A DNA stretch of 64,000 nt from a virus (IMGVR_UViG_3300033074_001354:32001-96000); one strand, 5' to 3'; counted from the first letter of the stretch, positions 9,764-19,650 are shown. The notes: a model not told the origin generated them from the sequence alone. Made by a program: numbers and translations.

Positions 9764-10219
9764 TCAACTATTATCTAAATTAAAAGGATACTTCTTGGCT
9801 AGTCTGAGCACATCTAAGCAATCCTGCGCAGTAAATCTTCCAACATGACAATCTTCACAACTCTTACCGGTTATCTTACGCAGCCATGCATACACCCTGT
9901 TTCTCATAGACTTCTTATTCCTTGATCCTTTCACGCACTTCCAATATCTATCAATTTCTGCATGTACCAACAATCTCAACGCCTTAGTCTTTGAATCTGC
10001 TATTACTCCCAATGGCTTTCCATTAGCATGACATCCAACTGAACCTCTGCATACTGGAAATCTCTCGCATATCCAAGCAAGACCATTTCCATATTCTATA
10101 TAATTATACAGGATAGAATTACTGCACAATTTTGCTCGTGATCCACAAAAACATCTGACATCCAAAGAACTATGTATGTCAGCAAGCATTTTAATGACTT
10201 TATTTTTAACCATGATCAA
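9764..10219 (-). CDS. Zinc-finger protein (DUF3268-like)
   Basis: CFCG...WIC..FPVC..SVGCH..GKPLG..AD...YAWL...CHVGRF pattern. Confidence 0.65.
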   Translation of the reverse strand: MIMVKNKVIKMLADIHSSLDVRCFCGSRAKLCSNSILYNYIEYGNGLAWICERFPVCRGSVGCHANGKPLGVIADSKTKALRLLVHAEIDRYWKCVKGSRNKKSMRNRVYAWLRKITGKSCEDCHVGRFTAQDCLDVLRLAKKYPFNLDNS

Positions 10220-10448
10220 TGCGAATTAAACTCCGTAAGATACTCTTCATAACATCTGTTTAATTTATCATCAGATATGTAAAATGGATCTCCAATGCAC
10301 ACAGATTGATTTTCTTGCAAATACCCCTTCTCAATCATCCAAGCAAGAAAGCTAAAAATTGTCTGACCTTCTCGCATATATTTTGGTTTATTAGTTAACA
10401 TTACATTACCCCTATCCAACGTGCAGAAACATTGAACGGCACTAAAGC

Positions 10449-10709
10449 CTAGAAATAGTTATCAATAATATTCTGAACAGTAATCTGTGCTGATACACCT
10501 AATGCTTGTATGTCCTCTAAAGAGACAGGCTGTCTTGCGGAATTTATTGCTGTCCAACGTCTGATTCCATCATCATCTTGTATCAAAATCATACAGCTGA
10601 CAGCTATGGCTTGACCACCCAGTTGAGAAGCGAATGCATTTAGAGTACTATCTATGTGCTGCTGAACCATCTCATTAGGTATGCAATAATCTCTATTAGG
10701 GCTTTTCAC
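10449..10709 (-). CDS. Hypothetical protein
   Basis: Coupled ORF. Confidence 0.5.
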   Translation of the reverse strand: MKSPNRDYCIPNEMVQQHIDSTLNAFASQLGGQAIAVSCMILIQDDDGIRRWTAINSARQPVSLEDIQALGVSAQITVQNIIDNYF

Positions 10710-11443
10710 AGCTTGATCTTTCCGTCCAATTTACCTGTCCCTTCTTCAGCTACAACTTTAGCCATCTCGCTGAAAGAAAGATCACAAAATTCATCATCCC
10801 ATTCGTCTACAAAATATAGACGAGTGCTGCCATTAATAATACCGAATAACACCGGATCACGCATTTTAGCTTTTTCTTGTGAATCCATCTTCTTAAGATC
10901 CTTTTGTGCGTCGTTATAATAGTGATAAATAATAAATCCATCAAACACATCCTGAACCTTCTTTTTATTCTCTATCACTCTCTTAGGAATGACACGAGTA
11001 TAGTCCTCAAACATAGTATCTGAGATATGTCCATCTCGCAGCTTATGCTTGTACTTATGCAAAACATCACGATCAATAAATTTCTTAATTCCTTTAGCAT
11101 AAACCAACGACTCACGCCAAGCAAGACTAAAACTATCTAAAAACTTTTTAGCTAATACATCCTGACCATTTTCAGTTGCTTGCTCAAATGCTTTTTCCAA
11201 ATCCTTAAGACTCTTCTTCAACTTGGCTTCCTGAAGATAACTAAACTTTGACTTCACATACTTAAAATAAAGGATGGGATTAATGCCATTTTTGCCCTTA
11301 CCAGGAGAATCCATTTTGCTAGAATCTGTCAAATATTGTATACTCCAACTTGCTCCAGCTGTCTCACCAGTAGCTGAACCATTCATTACATAACGCACTA
11401 CACTATTGTCTTGAGAAGCTACAGAATTATGGTTTTCATTCAT
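10706..11443 (-). CDS. Conserved large-phage hypothetical protein
   Basis: C-terminal RDPVLFG...LYFVDEWDDEFCDL motif; RBS AGGAG. Confidence 0.65.
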   Translation of the reverse strand: MNENHNSVASQDNSVVRYVMNGSATGETAGASWSIQYLTDSSKMDSPGKGKNGINPILYFKYVKSKFSYLQEAKLKKSLKDLEKAFEQATENGQDVLAKKFLDSFSLAWRESLVYAKGIKKFIDRDVLHKYKHKLRDGHISDTMFEDYTRVIPKRVIENKKKVQDVFDGFIIYHYYNDAQKDLKKMDSQEKAKMRDPVLFGIINGSTRLYFVDEWDDEFCDLSFSEMAKVVAEEGTGKLDGKIKL

Positions 11444-11593
11444 TTTTATCTCCTAGTGTAATACTGCCTACTTAGCACAGAATGAGCATCACGACCATGA
11501 CCATCTGAATCATCATACTTTGGAAAATAGAATTCTACGAAATAAATGAGATCTCCATACAAAGTATAGTATGCATTCTCTTCATGAAAAGGT

Positions 11594-12178
11594 CTAGGTG
11601 GCTGGTACTGTAACAGTGTCTTTAGATTCCGCATCTTCCATCCCGTCAGAAATTAACTTTCCATCAAGGTGATCAATTTCATGCTGTATCACCACAGCGA
11701 GATCCCTCTTAAAAGTATTTCTTACAATATCCCACTTACCATTAACCTTATCGATGTACTCAACATCAATAATCTGATGACGTTCGATACGTGCCATTTT
11801 CTTGGGGCATGACAAACAGCCTTCCCAATCATATGTCACAGTCTTGCCACGACTAACGATAACTGGGTTAATGAGCATAAGGAACTCTCTGTCAACAGCA
11901 TTACGCATAACAATAATGATGCGACGATCGACGCCAACTTGATTAGCTGCCAATCCCACACCCTTTCGGTATGTTGCTTTATGCATCTCGATAGCCAGCT
12001 CCATACAATCATCATACTCATCAGGTGTAACTGGTTGACACACCTTCTTTAGCATGTATCCTAACTTATGGTCAAGAGTCAGTATCTCTAGGATCTTCTC
12101 CTCATGCTCATCTGATTGGACCGGAACTTCAGTTGTGTCATTCACAGCATTACCCTCTTTAGTCATTTTATTCTCCAA
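11594..12178 (-). CDS. def: Peptide deformylase
   Basis: GVGLAANQVG, EGCLS and QHEIDHLDG motifs. Confidence 0.95.
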   Translation of the reverse strand: MENKMTKEGNAVNDTTEVPVQSDEHEEKILEILTLDHKLGYMLKKVCQPVTPDEYDDCMELAIEMHKATYRKGVGLAANQVGVDRRIIIVMRNAVDREFLMLINPVIVSRGKTVTYDWEGCLSCPKKMARIERHQIIDVEYIDKVNGKWDIVRNTFKRDLAVVIQHEIDHLDGKLISDGMEDAESKDTVTVPAT

Positions 12179-12209
12179 CTTAATTGAACTTGGTTATACA
12201 TTGCATAGT

Positions 12210-12602
12210 TTATTCTAACACGAAGCTTAGATCGGGTGGCGAAAAGTGCTCGGGTTTCAACAATTTGCCATTGGCATCATACTTAGGCTCTTCACCTGTC
12301 ATTGGCACCTTAGTCATATTGGATTTGTATATCTCACGAAATACAGGTTCAATGTCTATGCCAAATGCACAAGCTGCACCGAAAGCAACAAATAGTATAT
12401 CCCCAATAGCGTCAGCAACTTCGATCAAATCTTTATTGACTATAGCTTGCTCTAGTTCCAGTAATTCTTCTTTTATCAAAGCAACCCGCAATTTGCAGTT
12501 TGAATCACTAGGATATCCTATAGTGTCTCGATTGAGATCAGGCCGTCCCATCGCCTTATGCCAGTCATACACCATTTTCTGTTGCTCAAGCATGAGACAC
12601 AC
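12210..12602 (-). CDS. All-alpha NTP pyrophosphohydrolase (MazG-like)
   Basis: LIKEELLEL...EVADAIGDIL...SNMTK...GKLLKP. Confidence 0.85.
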   Translation of the reverse strand: MCLMLEQQKMVYDWHKAMGRPDLNRDTIGYPSDSNCKLRVALIKEELLELEQAIVNKDLIEVADAIGDILFVAFGAACAFGIDIEPVFREIYKSNMTKVPMTGEEPKYDANGKLLKPEHFSPPDLSFVLE

Positions 12603-13359
12603 TTTCTCGCATCAGTGGTGGGGAACACCCATACAAACATTCTGCTTTATTTGCTAACATATTTAATGGAGGTATCTCAAGCACACCAAATTTGCGGACC
12701 ACAGTACTTTCGAACTTATCAGTAATAATATCTAACTTTTTATTCTCTATATACGTTCCACGCTTAAACATAGTAGGATAATTGTCCCAATCTATGCCTT
12801 TGTGAAGCAGCATATGATATAGCTGCGAAATATCCTTATTGTCGCACTGTTTGTGTGAGTAAACAGATCTAGCTGCCATCTGAACACTATTTCTAATAGC
12901 ATCCTGCTCTCGCCACAAGAATACATTAACGGCCTCAGCCAAAGTCGGCACGTTCCAAACACGACAATCAAACAAAGGGAAACTCCCGTTCTTCTCCGGG
13001 ATTAGCTCTCTAATAAGCACTTGGAATTGAACAGATGCGTATGCAGCTATCAGGGAATTAAGCTTGTTAACTTTGCCACCAAACACCATTTCAGTCCTGT
13101 AGTCTGTAATATTCCAGCTTAAAGTAATCTCGTCAGATTGGGTGTATCCAATGACAGCATTAAACTCCTTCACCAATGCCTCAGTAAGCATAGTCATACA
13201 TTTTGACAATCTTTTATCATATGGAACTTCCAGACCTTTTGTGAATGCATGAAAGTTCTTGCCATCAATACGAGCAAATGCTGGGATCAAAGGCATAAGA
13301 GAGTCGCTATACCTTTTCTCATACATTTTCATCCTATCGCCTAATGAATCATTTCCCAT
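12586..13359 (-). CDS. Thg1-like 3'-5' RNA polymerase (tRNA-His guanylyltransferase family)
   Basis: RMKMYE, RIDGKNFH, YTQSDEI, FDCRV, WREQDA-x-RNS, FKRG. Confidence 0.92.
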   Translation of the reverse strand: MGNDSLGDRMKMYEKRYSDSLMPLIPAFARIDGKNFHAFTKGLEVPYDKRLSKCMTMLTEALVKEFNAVIGYTQSDEITLSWNITDYRTEMVFGGKVNKLNSLIAAYASVQFQVLIRELIPEKNGSFPLFDCRVWNVPTLAEAVNVFLWREQDAIRNSVQMAARSVYSHKQCDNKDISQLYHMLLHKGIDWDNYPTMFKRGTYIENKKLDIITDKFESTVVRKFGVLEIPPLNMLANKAECLYGCSPPLMRESVSHA

Positions 13360-13368
13360 AGATCTTTC

Positions 13369-13956
13369 TTAGTACGTAGTATTTTGAAAATTAAACATTG
13401 TCACAAAGTAATAACCGTCACGAAGCAGTGACACATACCCAGGTTTCACTACATTTCCTTTATCATCAAACTGAGCACCGAGTTTAACAACTTCTCTCGT
13501 ATCAAATGGTTTGGTTATATAGTGCCAACCGTTTGGCGTCTCTACTCTCATAAACACTTCGACTTGGTTGTTGCCAAGAATATTTTCTACTTCAGAAATC
13601 TTATCTTGATATTTCGTATCAATGTCTAGCATGAATCTCTTTTGGCCATATATGGCAGCAGGATTCATAAGAGCAGTACGCCATTCACTATCGATAACAC
13701 TATTCTTTTCAGGATGGTCTATCATACTATGCATCAATAACTTTGCAGCCTTATGCGGGCAACGAGCATTCACTGTCTTATACACTCTCCATACACCACC
13801 AAACACAGATAGCTTGTGCTTAAGAATCTCTAAATCTAAGTCATAGTCTTTAATGACATGACGCATGCAGTCTGCCTTCATACCGTCCTTGGTGCGAGCT
13901 ACCGCTAGAAATAAATGTAAGCTATCTTGAAGAGTTCTCTTTTCTCTATTGCTCAC
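13369..13956 (-). CDS. Possible minimal AEP/PrimPol-like protein
   Basis: LDID and ETPNGWH resemble AEP motifs I and II; adjacent to Thg1-like gene. Confidence 0.45.
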   Translation of the reverse strand: MSNREKRTLQDSLHLFLAVARTKDGMKADCMRHVIKDYDLDLEILKHKLSVFGGVWRVYKTVNARCPHKAAKLLMHSMIDHPEKNSVIDSEWRTALMNPAAIYGQKRFMLDIDTKYQDKISEVENILGNNQVEVFMRVETPNGWHYITKPFDTREVVKLGAQFDDKGNVVKPGYVSLLRDGYYFVTMFNFQNTTY

Positions 13957-14174
13957 TTATGCCTGCTTTCGTCGTTAACACAATTGCTCATGGGTGCAAA
14001 AATTTATCCAACATTCTTCTAGCACAAACAGAGTTTTCAAGATCATAAGTATCAAAGCCATACATATTCATGAAGGTATCAATCTCAAAGTCCAGATCTT
14101 CATAAATGAATCCATTCTTCTTATCTTGCTGTAACTTCTGCATGATTGATTTGTGCCTGTCATACTTAGCTTTA

Positions 14175-14837
14175 TTAGAGCTCATGCTTCTCCTGATCAG
14201 GAGTATTAATTTTGCCATCATTCCAAGCAAAAATTAGGCATTCAACTCCATTGTACACACCAGTAATAACAGAATATCCATGAATACGAATGCTACGAAC
14301 ATGCTTGTCTGGCATACATTGGTAATAAATCTTAAAATTAGTAACACCACGCTTCTCAGCTTCTTTTACTGTCAAGAACGCATCATATGGCATATCATCG
14401 CTATACTCAGACAAGCTGGCACTTGCCACATGGCACTTAGCAAATCCATGGATATATATGCCACCCCATATAAAAATCAACATAGAGAAAAATGATATGC
14501 AAAATGTGACTGCATTGAACTCTGGGTCACCACCGCATGCTAAAATAGCTGAGCTAAAGACAATGGAAACAACCACAGATGCCATTATACTAAAAATTAA
14601 AGCATCTCCCAATTGTTTACTTCCATCAGCGAGTACATGATAGTACCTGTTCTTATCCCACACTATCTTTGTCAAAAACTTTGTTATATCTTTTTGTGCG
14701 ACAGACTTGAAGTTCATAGCAATAATTTCTTTAACAGTCTCTTTAAACTGAGACTCATCAGATTTGGCTCTGATATACCCATTCATGCCAATTTCTTTAG
14801 CAATCTCAAGCTTTTCTTCTTCTTCTCTGTTCATCAA
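14175..14837 (-). CDS. Membrane protein, two predicted TM helices
   Basis: Two long hydrophobic segments. Confidence 0.6.
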   Translation of the reverse strand: MMNREEEEKLEIAKEIGMNGYIRAKSDESQFKETVKEIIAMNFKSVAQKDITKFLTKIVWDKNRYYHVLADGSKQLGDALIFSIMASVVVSIVFSSAILACGGDPEFNAVTFCISFFSMLIFIWGGIYIHGFAKCHVASASLSEYSDDMPYDAFLTVKEAEKRGVTNFKIYYQCMPDKHVRSIRIHGYSVITGVYNGVECLIFAWNDGKINTPDQEKHEL

Positions 14838-14856
14838 TTTAGACCTTTAGTCATAC

Positions 14857-15753
14857 TTAGAAGTTTCCATCTGCAACTTGAAGACACACTAATCCTAAAT
14901 CTCTCCACAATCTAACAACCTGATCCCTGTCATCCAGCACAAAATCAACATAATACTTGTCGCGAACATGCTCATTAAACATATTCAACTTGACAGCACT
15001 GTCCTTTACCCTATCAGACTCTTCCTTCACCGTGCGCATTTTAAACAGGTCTGGGTGTATATCATATTTAGCCAGCCAGTCTAAAGTCTCATAATAAAAT
15101 CTTTCTGATCTGCCAGAAAATATGACGAGATTTGCATCAGCTGGAGAACACGAAGACAAGTAGGATTTAACAATTTTCGCTACCGGAGTGTTAAGCTTAT
15201 CTTTAGAAAAGTCTCTGTCATATGGATTATCACCAAACAGAGCAAGTGTCCCATCCAAATCAACAATGATTGCATGTGGCAAACTGGGATCCTGTTGTAT
15301 TGGCGTACGTTTTGGCTCTATGTACCTCGCATAGAAATTTTTGATGACCGTTTCCCCAACTCCATTAGCCCTCTTATTATCACGTTCAATGCAAGTATTC
15401 AAAGGAACATGCAAAAAATCCTTAAAAGAAATTTCTACCTCAATGTTTGCTTGGTCAGCAATGCTAAGCACAAATGACATCAGATCATTAACATGTTGAG
15501 GGTTTAAATTAGTATCTGAAATTATAACGTTCTTTCCATACAACAATGCCTCTTTTAAGCACTGCTTGTGCATAGCAGTAATGAGATCCTCATCCTTAGG
15601 ATACCAATACTGGCCACGCATATGCCTAATATCATCTCTATTTATCCTGACCCAATCCTTGTTCTTTTCACAAAAGGCTTTGGCCCAATAATCCTTGCCT
15701 GAGCCAGGAATACCTCTAGTAAATATTACTTTTAACACTATTTGATTAGGCAT
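14857..15753 (-). CDS. pseT: Polynucleotide 5'-kinase/3'-phosphatase (T4 PseT-like)
   Basis: P-loop GIPGSGK, NRDDIR, HAD DLDGTLA, DDRDQVV..WR..G..CLQV..GNF; start placed at MPNQ. Confidence 0.9.
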   Translation of the reverse strand: MPNQIVLKVIFTRGIPGSGKDYWAKAFCEKNKDWVRINRDDIRHMRGQYWYPKDEDLITAMHKQCLKEALLYGKNVIISDTNLNPQHVNDLMSFVLSIADQANIEVEISFKDFLHVPLNTCIERDNKRANGVGETVIKNFYARYIEPKRTPIQQDPSLPHAIIVDLDGTLALFGDNPYDRDFSKDKLNTPVAKIVKSYLSSCSPADANLVIFSGRSERFYYETLDWLAKYDIHPDLFKMRTVKEESDRVKDSAVKLNMFNEHVRDKYYVDFVLDDRDQVVRLWRDLGLVCLQVADGNF

Positions 15754-16855
15754 CTGCATCCACACTAAACGGTTTATAGAATTTTGGTTCAACCATATCC
15801 CACAATCTATCCTCAATAGACAACATGTTCAACACTAATGAAGAAACTCTTTCTCTTGCAGGATCAGCGCTCAAAAATTCACAACGAGATTTGCGATCAG
15901 GCAGTCCCAAGCACTGAAGATAGTATTTATTAGCTTCTTCCCTCAAAAATTGTCTTTGAGATTCCAATTTAGACTTAGTGCTGACAACGAACTGATAAAA
16001 CTCATCAGGAACATTTGTAATGATATCATCAATTGACTGGTTAGATTTCAAAGCCTCCCATATAGACCTATTGCTAACGCCAGTAACAATCTTATGGAGC
16101 CTAGTATACTCTGCATACTTTAGCTTTACACGCAGTCCAGTATCAAATCTTATGACAAAACCCTCGCCACCTTTGTACCTTACCTTATCACGAATATTGT
16201 TAAAATCAAACCCACTATACTGAGCAACTATAGGAAACTCATACTTGTCATGCATCATCTCAATATAATTTCTGCTGAGCTCCACGCCATTGTTGTTGGC
16301 ATAGGCAGCTAGTAACCACAGATCAGAAGCGCCTTTATAATCTACGACAATGCGATTCTCAGGGTATATGATCTCAACAAGAACTGTGACGCCATTGTAT
16401 GGATGCTCATTTAGAAGAGCATAATCTTCACAAAATGCAGGATACATATCATGCAGCATTGCTGTAGCTCTAAGTGCTTGTTCAGAGTTGAAACTGCCAC
16501 GAGTAGCTACGTAAGTCTTTCCTTGCCAACAATAAAGAATACCAAGGCTGCCATCAACCTTCTCGTATACATCAAATGACTTGTATGGAGGCAAAATTCC
16601 AAGTTGACTGTCTTCTCCATATTCCTCTATATTGTGAAACTTGGGAAATGGCCTAGCAACGATATCACCTTCAGAATTAACAATTAGTCCTCTCGCGTAT
16701 CGTAGTTCAGGATATTCATTCCAAGCTTGCGAGAACATCGCTAACGAAGTGTAGTTATACAGCCAAAGATCAAATTCTGGATGCTTGACTTCATCGAGCA
16801 ACTTCTTATACTTTAAAATGGCTCTATTGGGCAGCAAGCTTACAGGTTTTGGCAT
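15746..16855 (-). CDS. RNA ligase 1 (T4 Rnl1/RnlA-like)
   Basis: ARGLI, RPFPKFHN, EKVDGSL, ATRGSF, EII, EGFV, RVKLK motifs. Confidence 0.9.
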   Translation of the reverse strand: MPKPVSLLPNRAILKYKKLLDEVKHPEFDLWLYNYTSLAMFSQAWNEYPELRYARGLIVNSEGDIVARPFPKFHNIEEYGEDSQLGILPPYKSFDVYEKVDGSLGILYCWQGKTYVATRGSFNSEQALRATAMLHDMYPAFCEDYALLNEHPYNGVTVLVEIIYPENRIVVDYKGASDLWLLAAYANNNGVELSRNYIEMMHDKYEFPIVAQYSGFDFNNIRDKVRYKGGEGFVIRFDTGLRVKLKYAEYTRLHKIVTGVSNRSIWEALKSNQSIDDIITNVPDEFYQFVVSTKSKLESQRQFLREEANKYYLQCLGLPDRKSRCEFLSADPARERVSSLVLNMLSIEDRLWDMVEPKFYKPFSVDADA

Positions 16856-17154
16856 AGTATGTATAGAATTGTTATGTGAAGAAACTGATCGAACCCAATG
16901 ACAACAAAGAAATCATGAACACGTTGCTCTTTCCACATTCTTGAGGAAACTCTGCTGGTACAGTAATCTATGACCAGATGCGACATGCCGTTTATTAAAG
17001 CGAACGTTAGGCCAAAAGGCAGAAAGAAAACGCTGTATACGAGCACATGGACAAACAACGGCTTCATGTTGTTACTTTTACCCTTTGCCATCCAATCACT
17101 TTGGAAGACAAAGTCTGCTAGCCAGTGTAAGAATAGGATCAAAAGAAATTTCAT
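16840..17154 (-). CDS. DUF3307-like membrane protein
   Basis: HWLADFVFQ..WMA..K, H..ID, GFDQFLH. Confidence 0.8.
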   Translation of the reverse strand: MKFLLILFLHWLADFVFQSDWMAKGKSNNMKPLFVHVLVYSVFFLPFGLTFALINGMSHLVIDYCTSRVSSRMWKEQRVHDFFVVIGFDQFLHITILYILCQNL

Positions 17155-17161
17155 ACAACTG

Positions 17162-17185
17162 ATAGAAACCTCAGTGTATGCTGCA
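17162..17185 (-). promoter_or_regulatory. Putative phage promoter TGCA-N12-GTTTCTAT
   Basis: Exact motif, upstream of the DUF3307/RNA ligase/Pnkp operon. Confidence 0.6.
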
Positions 17186-17193
17186 GGTATAGA

Positions 17194-17616
17194 CTAGGTG
17201 ATCTTTGCACGGCCAGAGAATCCACAAGAAGACCAACGCTTTTGATGTCGATATTCGCCTTCTACTGACCTCAGATTCCCTATCATAACGTGACCTTCTG
17301 GATGTTTGTACCACGTCTTTCCTTTGCAACAGGGACAAGCATTTTTGATTTCCATGGCACCACAATTGTCGCATTTAGTTTTGGTATTATCAACAGATAT
17401 GCCATAGCCTTTGCCTGTTGATTCTATGTACCAGTGCTCTTTGGTTGGATCTATCTTACCGAGGTAATGGTTGCAAAATGGGCAGGTGTAATATGTTTCT
17501 TGCCAAGGACGCTTATCTTTGTTTGGTTTCTTTTTAGTCTTGCGATTTGAATCTTTGTTCTTCTTGGGATCGTACTTGGCTTTCGGTATACCCATTTTCT
17601 TATCTGCTTTTGTCAT
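17194..17616 (-). CDS. Basic Zn-ribbon protein
   Basis: CPFC, CDNC and CPCC pairs; Lys-rich N-terminus. Confidence 0.55.
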   Translation of the reverse strand: MTKADKKMGIPKAKYDPKKNKDSNRKTKKKPNKDKRPWQETYYTCPFCNHYLGKIDPTKEHWYIESTGKGYGISVDNTKTKCDNCGAMEIKNACPCCKGKTWYKHPEGHVMIGNLRSVEGEYRHQKRWSSCGFSGRAKIT

Positions 17617-17915
17617 AACTTGATTAACTCATACTCCCAATTGCATGGACCAGGATGATCTTCATCAGAGTCTATAACAGCTTGAGCACGACAAGTTCTA
17701 CAGTATCTATGCAACTTGTAGTTCAAAGGAACTTTTTGATGATCATTCATACTGCCATACACAGAAGTATGAAGACAAGTCGGACAAATATGCATTTTCT
17801 TGCACTTGTCATTCTCATCTGGTATGTCAAACAAGAGAGCCCATTTTCCATCTCGCTCTTTGTGGCACCAGTGGCATATCGCCTTCGTTCCTTTAGACAT
17901 GCTTCTCCAATTCAT
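17613..17915 (-). CDS. Small Cys-rich protein
   Basis: CHWC, CPTC, CRTC. Confidence 0.5.
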   Translation of the reverse strand: MNWRSMSKGTKAICHWCHKERDGKWALLFDIPDENDKCKKMHICPTCLHTSVYGSMNDHQKVPLNYKLHRYCRTCRAQAVIDSDEDHPGPCNWEYELIKL

Positions 17916-17986
17916 TCCCCATGGAGGACTCGAACCTCCGCTCCTAGATCCAAAATCTAGTGGCTTACCAACTTGTCGAATGGGGA
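17915..17986 (-). tRNA. tRNA-Gln(TTG)
   Basis: Acceptor TCCCCAT/ATGGGGA, anticodon arm CTAGA-TTTTGGA-TCTAG, T arm GGAGG-TTCGAGT-CCTCC. Confidence 0.85.
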
Positions 17987-17993
17987 ATGTTAA

Positions 17994-18770
17994 TTACCAT
18001 CTCCCACGAATACCTGGGTACAAAGTCGTTACGACATCAGACTGAACGTATTCCTTTGTGTTGACATCCATCATCGTCAACTTTCCTTCCCAACCAGCGC
18101 CAGTGTCCAATGCCCAAACTTCACATGCATGGATTGGCTTCATGATGTCTTCAGGAATATAATCATTAGATATAATGCTATGTCCCCTATTAGCAAGATA
18201 CGTGGTAGTAGTATGCCCAATAAACACTTCACTGAACATTGTCAAATTCTTTGGTTTCAATTTCTGCTTATTAGCAATAGTCTGATTTTGAATTGCCCAG
18301 TTTATCATAGACCTATCCCAAAGAAATATCTCCAATGGTTGTCCTTCAAGTCTTTCTTTAGGATTGATGCCACCATGAACAAATAATCTATTAGTCTCTT
18401 CGTCATGAAACCAATAATTAGCATTCTTCAAGAATTGAACATGAGACGCAGGAACAGCTGCAGGGTTTTGTTCGAACTGCTGCCCATAAGATGTCAAAGT
18501 GCCCATGCCACCCTGATCTTTCCATATCCTACCTGGATCCTTACCCAACATCCAATCCAGAGCCCAATTATCATGGTTTCCAAATATGAATACGCAATTA
18601 TCGCCAAGACTAATTAAGTAATCTATTACTTTATCCACTTCTGGCCAACCGTCACAAACATCACCTAGCACAATTAGCTCATCATCTTTAGTAAATCCTG
18701 AGCGATCTATACACTGCATCAATCCTTTGAAGCAGCCATGTATATCTCCAACAACGAATTGTCTGCCCAT
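17994..18770 (-). CDS. Ser/Thr protein phosphatase-type metallophosphoesterase (NinI/PPP-like)
   Basis: GDIHG, GDVCDG, GNHD, FVHGG, IGHT, LDTGAG. Confidence 0.88.
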   Translation of the reverse strand: MGRQFVVGDIHGCFKGLMQCIDRSGFTKDDELIVLGDVCDGWPEVDKVIDYLISLGDNCVFIFGNHDNWALDWMLGKDPGRIWKDQGGMGTLTSYGQQFEQNPAAVPASHVQFLKNANYWFHDEETNRLFVHGGINPKERLEGQPLEIFLWDRSMINWAIQNQTIANKQKLKPKNLTMFSEVFIGHTTTTYLANRGHSIISNDYIPEDIMKPIHACEVWALDTGAGWEGKLTMMDVNTKEYVQSDVVTTLYPGIRGRW

Positions 18771-18824
18771 ATTATCCTGCCTTTAATTTGTACTTTCTAT
18801 ATTTACAGGTTATTCTCACTAGTA

Positions 18825-18899
18825 TGGGCATGGCAGGATTTGAACCTGCGATCTCCGGGTTATGAGCCCATCGCTTTAACCAGGCTAAGCTACATGCCC
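18825..18899 (-). tRNA. tRNA with CAT anticodon (Met/fMet-like)
   Basis: Acceptor GGGCATG/CATGCCC, anticodon arm GGG-CTCATAA-CCC, T arm GCAGG-TTCAAAT-CCTGC. Confidence 0.85.
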
Positions 18900-18907
18900 A
18901 GGGCAAT

Positions 18908-18989
18908 TGGTGGGGCAGTGGGATTCGAACCTACTAGCCGTTAGGCACGAGTCAGTGCTAGCACTGCTCGACGTCTCACCAATTGCACC
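18908..18989 (-). ncRNA. Atypical tRNA-like RNA ending in ACCA
   Basis: T loop TTCGAAT and 3' ACCA present; no D stem; extended helix CGAGCAGTG-CTAG-CACTGACTCG; variable-arm hairpin GCC-TAAC-GGC. Confidence 0.5.
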
Positions 18990-19004
18990 GTATGTCAACA
19001 CTTC

Positions 19005-19028
19005 ATAGAAACCGTATGGTGTATTGCA
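19005..19028 (-). promoter_or_regulatory. Putative phage promoter TGCA-N12-GTTTCTAT
   Basis: Exact motif immediately upstream of the tRNA-like/tRNA-Met pair. Confidence 0.6.
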
Positions 19029-19035
19029 TGTATGA

Positions 19036-19650
19036 TCAATATCTTGTGGGGGGCTTGTCATCCAGTATATCACGATTCCTGATCAAATCATCTCTCATCC
19101 TAGCAACTATTTCATCAAACAAAATCTGGGCACCTTTCCTGGTCATTCCTAATTCTTTGGCTATATCATTGATTTTGTCACCCTGGAGGAACAACTCAAT
19201 CATCTTCTTTTCGTTGCTTTTCAGCTGTGCTTTTTCAATAAAATACTGTATATCAAGCATACGTATGCTGTTAGCAAAAGAAGAGTCATGACATTGTTTT
19301 GCATCAAACCTGTCACTGACATCTGACTCTATGGCTTCATATTTTGTGTATTTGTAATGTGCCTTTAATTCTGCAATAGCATATGCTTTAACCCTAAACA
19401 ATATGTGAAGAGCGTCATCAAAAGCTCTAGCCGTAAGAAGAGCCTTATTAACTCCAAGAATGCAAGTCTGGTACATATCATTTGCATCAACCGCCTCATA
19501 CTCTGGACGACGTGTCTTAAATTTATTAATAACAGAAATTAAAATGGGATCTACAGCTGGAATAATTTCTTCTAACAACTTTGGATTATTGGTAGTTTGA
19601 TACTCTATGACCAATGACTTTATTTTATCTGCTGATAGATGAAATGACAT
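19036..19650 (-). CDS. Sigma70-family-like RNA polymerase sigma factor
   Basis: Region-2-like D..DMYQTCILGV..A; C-terminal region-4 HTH LKSNEKKMIEL...INDIAKELGMT. Confidence 0.7.
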   Translation of the reverse strand: MSFHLSADKIKSLVIEYQTTNNPKLLEEIIPAVDPILISVINKFKTRRPEYEAVDANDMYQTCILGVNKALLTARAFDDALHILFRVKAYAIAELKAHYKYTKYEAIESDVSDRFDAKQCHDSSFANSIRMLDIQYFIEKAQLKSNEKKMIELFLQGDKINDIAKELGMTRKGAQILFDEIVARMRDDLIRNRDILDDKPPTRY

